From: the human T2T-CHM13v2.0 reference genome, Homo sapiens
Length of the DNA: 64,000 nucleotides
Reading direction: 5' to 3' (one strand)
Assembly: GCF_009914755.1 (NCBI RefSeq)
Contig: NC_060935.1
The first letter of the stretch is position 1. Each line of letters starts with the position of its first letter. Both the position numbers and the translations under genes were made by a program. The notes beneath the pieces were generated by a model that was given only the letters and a program-made list of their open reading frames with translations, had not been told where the DNA came from and searched no databases. Shown in pieces: positions 55,267 through 64,000 of this stretch.

Positions 55267-56969
55267 CTGAAGGGAGGGAAAACATATTTCTAATCTTAAC
55301 ATGCAGCTAAAAATAATTATTTAGGAGGCTAAATACTTGAATTTAGTATTCAAGTTCTATGTTCACATAGGAACCATAACTAAAAAAGAGAAAACTAAGG
55401 AATGACATTATATCATTACAGAAAAACATTTCCAATAGACACTAAAATCCATACCATAATTATCATAAAACTACAAGCCAAAGAGTCAATATCTTAATCT
55501 CAGTTTTCTTTCACAAACAATACACTCTTTTGGTAAAATGTCATAAAATAATCCTAACTCTCCCCAGCCCTAAAATATAAAAATAAAATAAAAATAAAAA
55601 TTATAGTGAATTAACATATGTAGATTCTGTGGGGCAAAAAATTTAGAAAATAAAGTTTATCAATTTTGTCTCAAGTCCGGATGTTCCTGGCACAGCCCAA
55701 TAAAGTAAGCATAGTTTGGTATGTAGAAAGAAGCAATCACTATAATCATGAATGACTATCAAAATGTACAACAACCTACTACATAAGCAATAAGAATGAA
55801 CAAACTAACTTCATGCAACAACATGGATGACTATCTCAATGTTCAAAGACAGCCATTAAAAAGTACATAATGTGCCTGGGTGCTGCAGCTCATGCCTGTA
55901 ATCCCAGCACTTTGGGAGGCTGAGGTGGACGGATCACAAGGCCAGGGTTCAAGAACAGCCCGGCCAACGTAGCAAAATCCCATCTCTACTAAAAATACAA
56001 AAATTAGCTGGGCATAGTGGCGTGCAGCTGCAATCCCAGCTACTCAGGAGGCTGAGGCAGGAGACTGCTTAAATCCAGGAGGCAGAGATTGTAGTGAGCT
56101 GAGATCACGCCACTGCACTCCAGCCTAGGCAACAGAGCAAGACTCGTCTCAAAAAAAAAAAAAAAATTAGCTGTGTGTGGTGGCCCACACCTGTAATCCA
56201 AGCTACTAGGGAGGCTGAGGCACGAGAATTGCTTGAACCTAGGAGGTGGAGGTTGTAGTGAGCCAAGATGTGCCACTGCACACCAGACTGGGTGACGGAG
56301 TGAGATGCTGTCTCAAAAACAAACAAACAAAAAAAACAAAAAAAAACCAACTTTTATTAAGCTGTACTTTGCATAATTTTACTAAAAACACCTTCATATG
56401 CATGCATACACATTGCCCAGTGTAACAGAAGCAACATCCAATCAGAACAGATGATTAGACTGGGCTCAGTGGCTCATGCCTGTTATCCCAGCACATTGGG
56501 AGGCTGAGGAAGAAAAATCGCTTGAGCTCAGGAGTCTGAGACCGGCCTGAGCAACATAGTGAGACCTCACCTCTACAAAAAAATTTTTAAAAATTAGCTG
56601 GGCGTGGGGCACATGCCAGTGGTCCCACCTACTTCGGAGGCTAAGGACATGAAGCCTGGGAAGCTGAGACTGCAGTGAGCTGTGATTGTGTCACTGCATT
56701 CCAGCCTGGGCAAAAAAGCCCATCTCAAAAAAAAAAAAAGACCATTAGGGGTGCTAGACCTTCACATACCCCTGAATATTATCCCTGCCTAAACAAGTAG
56801 ATTTCTATAAATAATACTTGATTTTTAAAAATAATTTGGTTAATGTTAATTTTTTACATAAACCCAAACTGAACCACTCTATCCTAAAGAAAATCAAAAC
56901 CATTTTTAAAAGCTGCATTCCAATAAAATCAAAAGGTTAGACTGACATTCTGTATTGTATTTTACTGAC

Positions 56970-57077
56970 CTCTAGTGACTTGCTTTCATATTCTTTCATA
57001 GCAGTAATACACTGGTGCTTGGTACTTATGTTAGTGCTAACTCCAGCTTTGACCATAGTATCTGTACCAGTTGGAGG
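56970..57077 (-). CDS. NUP98: NUP98 exon 6 (108 nt), PPTGTDTMVKAGVSTNISTKHQCITAMKEYESKSLE (GLEBS core)
   Basis: Acceptor GCAG|CC, donor GAG|GTCAGT; phase 0-0; not present in the ORF track. Confidence 0.97.
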
Positions 57078-58494
57078 CTGCAAAGTTAAATAAAGGCAAA
57101 TTTGTAGGTCCAAGTTTTACATTCCTACTCTCTCAGATACAATTTCTCAACCACTGAACTCTAAAACTAGTCCCCCCAGGTCTTTTATACTGAGATGGTT
57201 TCAAGGGTGCTTGATTAAATATACTGCCATTTCTGATCTCTCCCTACATCAAGGTTATCTGAATAAATCGATCTTAGTAACAAAGTAATCACAAACGCAG
57301 GGATTAATCCCATAACCCAAGCCATCCAATTACATGGTAAAATACATGTAATATTATGCATAAAGAAAGCTTTACCCAATATATACCTTTAAACCTCTAT
57401 ATCTAAGTTCTCCTTTCTACTCCGCCCTGTAATGCTGCATTAAAAAAATACGGAGGGCCAGGAGCGGTGGCTCACGCCTGTAATCCTAGCACTCTGGGAG
57501 GCCGAGGCGGGTGGATCATGAGGTCAGGAGTTCGAGACCAGCCTGGCTAATATGGTGAAACCCCGTCTCTACTAAAAAATAAAAAAATAAAAAATAAAAA
57601 TGAGCCAGGCGTGGTAGCGTGCACCTGTAGTCCCAGCTACTCAGGAGGCTGAGGCAGGAGAATCGCTTGAATCCGAGAAGCGGAGGTTGCAGTGAGCCAA
57701 GACCGTGCCACTGCACTCTGGCCTGGGCGACAGAGTGAGACTCCATCTCAAAAAACAGCAACAACAAAAAAACAGAAACTGGCCAGGCGCAGTGGCTCAC
57801 ACCTGCAGTCCCAGCACTTTGGGAGGCCGAGGCGGGTGGATCACTTGAGGTCAGGAGTTGAAGACCAGCCTGGCCAACATGGTGAAACCCCATCTCTACT
57901 AAAAATACAAAAATTAGCTTGGGTGGGTGCCTGTAATCCCAGCTACTTGGGAGGCTGAGGCAGCAGAATCGCTTGAACCAGGAGGCAGAGGTTGCAGTGA
58001 GCCAAGATTGCACCACTGCGCTCCCGTCTGGCTGACTCTGTCTCCAAAAAAAAAAAAGAAATATGGAAACCTGTTTTTCCCCGATAACATTACAAGGAAA
58101 AAGGCACAATAAGTAAAACTAACGATTCCTGCTGGTATTGCCAGTTTTCTCAACTACTGCACTTTCCAAAGGGCATCACACAGTATTCTTCACTATCATT
58201 TTATGTTTTAACTTCAAATTCGGGGTTGTAAATTTAGTACTATGAATTAACCAATTTACCTGACAAATTCTTCATTTTCTGGAGTATATTTTAACAAGTT
58301 TTATTTCTGCCAAAGATTTCCATTAGGCTAACTGCACCTCCAGCATACCCTAAGAATCCCCCAAACATTTACATCAAGTGGCATTCCACATGTTTCTGTA
58401 AACAAAATCCTCCACTCTAGCCCTCCACCCAATCCCTCTCAAAAAAAGAACACATACACAATAAACTTTACAGCCCCATTTAGCCATTTCATCA

Positions 58495-58713
<219 letters not shown>

Positions 58714-58767
58714 CTACAAAAAAATTAGCTGGGTATGGTGGTGGACTCTTGTAATCACAGCTACTCA

Positions 58768-58872
<105 letters not shown>

Positions 58873-59219
58873 TTAAAAAAACAAAATAACAAAAAAAAAA
58901 AAGAAAATTGAACAGTTGACCATTCAGAAGCAAATTCTTAACACAGTAAATTCAAATTCTACCTTACACCAGATTATAATAAAGTTTTATGAATACAAAT
59001 TTTATTGGGATGAGCCTAATTCAAATATACATCGTAATCTAGATTTACATTTCACAAGTGTTCCTGTCTACTATACAACTATTTATAGATTTTGTTTTTA
59101 ACACATCGTTCAGGCAGTGTCAAGCTAAGCTGGAAAGAGAAGCAATTTTACAATTCATCCTGCAAAGAAATATACATGCGGGAAAAAACATTCCACAAAG
59201 ATTGGAAGAAAATACATAC

Positions 59220-59359
59220 GTTAAATTTAATAGTAGTCCCAGTAGGAGCAGCTGTAAAACTACTTGGCCCAAAGAGGGAGCCAGATGTGCTGCCAAAAGG
59301 ATTAGAGGTGGTATTTGTGGTTCCAAAGAGTCCTCCACTGCTAGTACTGGTTCCAAAAT
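59220..59359 (-). CDS. NUP98: NUP98 exon 5 (140 nt), NFGTSTSSGGLFG...APTGTTIKFN (start of GLEBS region)
   Basis: Acceptor TTAG|AT, donor AAC|GTATGT. Confidence 0.97.
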
Positions 59360-59415
59360 CTAAAAATAAGAAAGAAAAATGAGACGATAACAGTAAGAAA
59401 TTTAAGAATGTATAA

Positions 59416-59721
<306 letters not shown>

Positions 59722-60698
59722 TAAAGTGTTGGGATTACAGGTGTGAGCCACTGCACCTGATCTCATATCCTGAAATTTTTTACCTTTCAAGTCTCCCAAG
59801 CAAATATATTCAAATAGAAATTTCTTTTTTTTTTTTTTTGAGACGGAGTCTCGCTGTGTAGCCCAGGCTGGAGTGCAGTGGCGTGATCTCAGCTCACTGC
59901 AACCTCCACCTCCCAGGTTGACGCCATTTCTCCTGCCTCAGCCTCCTGAGTAGCTGGGACTACAGGTGCCCGCCACCAAACCCGGCTAATTTTTTGTATT
60001 TTTTTTTTTTAAGTAGAGATGGGGTTTCACTGTGTTAGCCAGGATGGTCTCGATCTCTTGACCTCATGATCCATCCACCTATGCCTCCCAAAGTGCTGGG
60101 ATTACAGGTGTGAGCCACAGTGCCCGGCCCAAATAGAAATTTCATACAGAAAGATACGTACTTCCAGGCTCACAACTTTCAAGTGAAACAAAGTCTGAAT
60201 CCTTTGGTCAGCTAAGTGTCCATAAAGCCCTAAGGTCACACTTGGAAGACAACTTAAAAGAAATACTTTGTTTCATCATAAATTTTATCTCATTTCTCCC
60301 TTTCTCATTTAACTACATGCTGAATGAACTTGTCTTTCTGAAAACATCTTGTCACAGACTTCAAGAGTGGTCACAGTACATTTTATTTACATACATTATA
60401 ACATATACCTACACATAACCAAAAACTTTAGAATATACAAGTGGTCCTATTAGAGAAATCAAATATAGGTTAATGTAAAATTTCACCCCCCAAAATTTCA
60501 GAAAAATTAGCAGCCACTGTCAATTACTTTACAGAAACTAATAAAGAAATAGCAAATCCTTGGATTACTTTACTTTTCCAAAAAGCTGAGTTTAAAAAAA
60601 AATTACACATAAATGAATTTAATTGTTGCTAAGGAATATATTGCTGAAAGTATGAGAGACACTACTTCTAAAGAAGTTATGCCAGGTGCGGTGGCTCA

Positions 60699-61024
<326 letters not shown>

Positions 61025-61371
61025 TTATATGCCAATATTTAGAATTAGTAACATCCTAATTACCAGGTTAAAGAGTACTATGATTTATCACTGGCAAACT
61101 GCTATTACTTCTTTCTAAAACATGTCTTAATATATAGTTTAAAGCAAACAGGCACATTTCTTTTGAATTAGTACTTCAGACTGCATTATATACTGTTATG
61201 GCTAAATATTTCAATGTTATACAAACAACTTTCCCTCTGGAAAATACTGATGGCAGGCCAGGCGCGGTGGCTCACACCTGTAATCCTAGCACTTTGGGAG
61301 GCCGAGGCAGATGGAACACGAGGTCAGGAGATCGAGACCATCCTGGCTAACATGGTGAAACCCCGTCTCTA

Positions 61372-61776
<405 letters not shown>

Positions 61777-62211
61777 TCACGTCCATTATGTCATTCCTGC
61801 TCTAGTCTCTTCATACCAAATATAAAACAGAGACAAGAAGAAGGTGCCTCTGCAGCACAATATGGCTGACTGTAACACACTCCTCCTTGAAATTCTCCCA
61901 TCTTAACATGAACTACACTACTCTGACCTGGCTTTTCATCCTTTCTCTAGCCATTTTGCATCAGGAAGCTCTTCCTCTGCATATCCCTTAAATAACAGTG
62001 CTTCAAATTTCTATCCTTATAGAAATGTACATACTCTCTTCCTTTCCAGCCTATTAACCTTTTCAGTACATATTGAAGTTTTCCTCTTCCCTTGTTTTTG
62101 CCATTTAGTAGGAAAAGAAGGTAGATGAACACAGAAAAACGGAGAAAAGACAACACATTCAATAAGCAAACCAAATTATTAGATGCAGAACTCCAGTGAT
62201 GTCCCACTTAC

Positions 62212-62388
62212 TGCCAAAGCCAGTTGGTTTATTTTGTGCAAAGGCATTGTTTTGGGATGAGAAGAGACTGGTCCCTGTGCTTGCAGTTCCAAACAAGGTA
62301 TTTGCTGTTCCTGTTGACGTACCAAACCCAAAGCCAGTGCTTGTGGAGGTAGCTGGCTGGCTAAATGAACTGGTTCCAAACAATCCTC
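62212..62388 (-). CDS. NUP98: NUP98 exon 4 (177 nt), GGLFGTSSFSQPATS...QNKPTGFG
   Basis: Acceptor CTCAG|GA, donor GCA|GTAAGT; matches ORF 62159..62383. Confidence 0.97.
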
Positions 62389-62494
62389 CTGAGGAGATGG
62401 AGAAGGAGGGAAAAAGTTAAGTACATCAGAGCCACTAAGTCAATTCCTATACTAGCTACAAACAAACCAGTTATATCACAAATAAAGCCCCTAC

Positions 62495-62596
62495 CTGGTT
62501 TAGTCTGTGAATTTCCAAAGAGGCCTCCAGTATTGTTGCTAGAACCAAATGCAGATGTTCCAAATGCCCCTCCACTAGTAGTGCCAAAGCCAGTAT
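62495..62596 (-). CDS. NUP98: NUP98 exon 3 (102 nt), FG repeats NTGFGTTSGGAFGTSAFGSSNNTGGLFGNSQTKP
   Basis: Acceptor TCAG|AT, donor CAG|GTAGGG; phase 1-1; 106-nt intron to exon 4. Confidence 0.97.
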
Positions 62597-62673
62597 CTGA
62601 AAAAGCAAAATCCAGAGTAAATTAGAATTTAGAATAAAATCTACGTAAGATGACCAAATGAAAAGGCATTTTA

Positions 62674-63045
<372 letters not shown>

Positions 63046-63349
63046 TCAGAGTATGAATTACAGAGTAAAAACCAAGCCACAGACATTTTATTCATCGCCC
63101 CAGGGGAAGTATGAAAATTTAAAGTCAAAAGGAGTGACTTTTCAATAAAAGTTACAGATGTTCATAGGTTAAAAAAAAGTGCTGGCCGGGCACGGTGGCT
63201 CACACCTGTAATCCCAGCACTTTGGGAGGCCGAGGTGGGCGAATCATTTGAGGTCAGGAGTTCAAGACCAGCCTAACCAACATGGTGAAATCCCGCCTCT
63301 ACTAAAAATTCAGAAAAATTAGTGACACTCCGTAGTCACTGAGATAAAT

Positions 63350-63522
63350 GGTCTTTCATTAGCGGAACACATCAGAACAACCTGGGAAGCTTTTTCAAAA
63401 TATACATGTTCAGGTTTCAACTCCAGAGATTCTAATTCCATAGTTTTTGATGAGAGATACATATTTTGAATAAAAACTTCCAAAGGTGACTGTGATGGGC
63501 ACTTTTAGTTAAAAACCACAGA
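63350..63522. mobile_element. MER5A/B (hAT-Charlie MITE)
   Basis: 'catcagaacaacctgggaagcttttt', 'ccagagattctaattc', 'aggtgactgtgatg'. Confidence 0.7.
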
Positions 63523-63657
63523 CATGGACGTAGAATTCTTTAAAAAGGAGATCAGGAGCCACTTAAGAAAACTTCCCTGCCAGGTGCGGGGAAGTTACAG
63601 GCTCACGCCTGTAACCCCAGCACTTTGGGAGGCCGAGGCAAGCAGATCATGAGGTCA

Positions 63658-63965
<308 letters not shown>

Positions 63966-64000
63966 TTAGTCATGCTTCTTAAAGAATCCTTAGCCCAGTG

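Noticed and set aside
62196-62625. Plus-strand ORFs over NUP98 exons (also 6453, 18498, 27878, 51889, 59058, 59092)
   Set aside because: They are antisense shadows of low-complexity coding exons, with no independent gene signals.

Overview
Human (primate) genomic DNA from the interior of NUP98 (nucleoporin 98/96 precursor; 11p15.4 from memory), transcribed on the minus strand. I placed 16 coding exons (conventional exons 3-18) using GT/AG boundaries. They splice into one open frame of 2,374 nt running from the FG/GLFG repeats through the GLEBS (RAE1-binding) segment into the start of the autopeptidase domain. The start codon, promoter and HF|S autocleavage site lie outside the window. The introns are packed with Alus (roughly 95 copies or fragments by manual count, mostly antisense to the gene), plus old L1M, L2, MIR and Tigger/Charlie elements; almost all ORF-track entries are Alu translations. 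The most interesting unexplained signal is in intron 11 (about 29,820-31,500, + strand): an ordered series of degraded motifs resembling a KRBA2/SCAND3-type (Ginger2) DDE integrase, with a possible hAT-like fragment just upstream. Other observations include an inverted duplication in intron 10, a young AluYb8, three candidate donors on exon 10, candidate poison or terminal exons, a U1-mimic hairpin at the exon 8 donor, and a VNTR in intron 12. Repeat coordinates are approximate. Family calls and protein comparisons are from recalled consensus sequences, not database searches.
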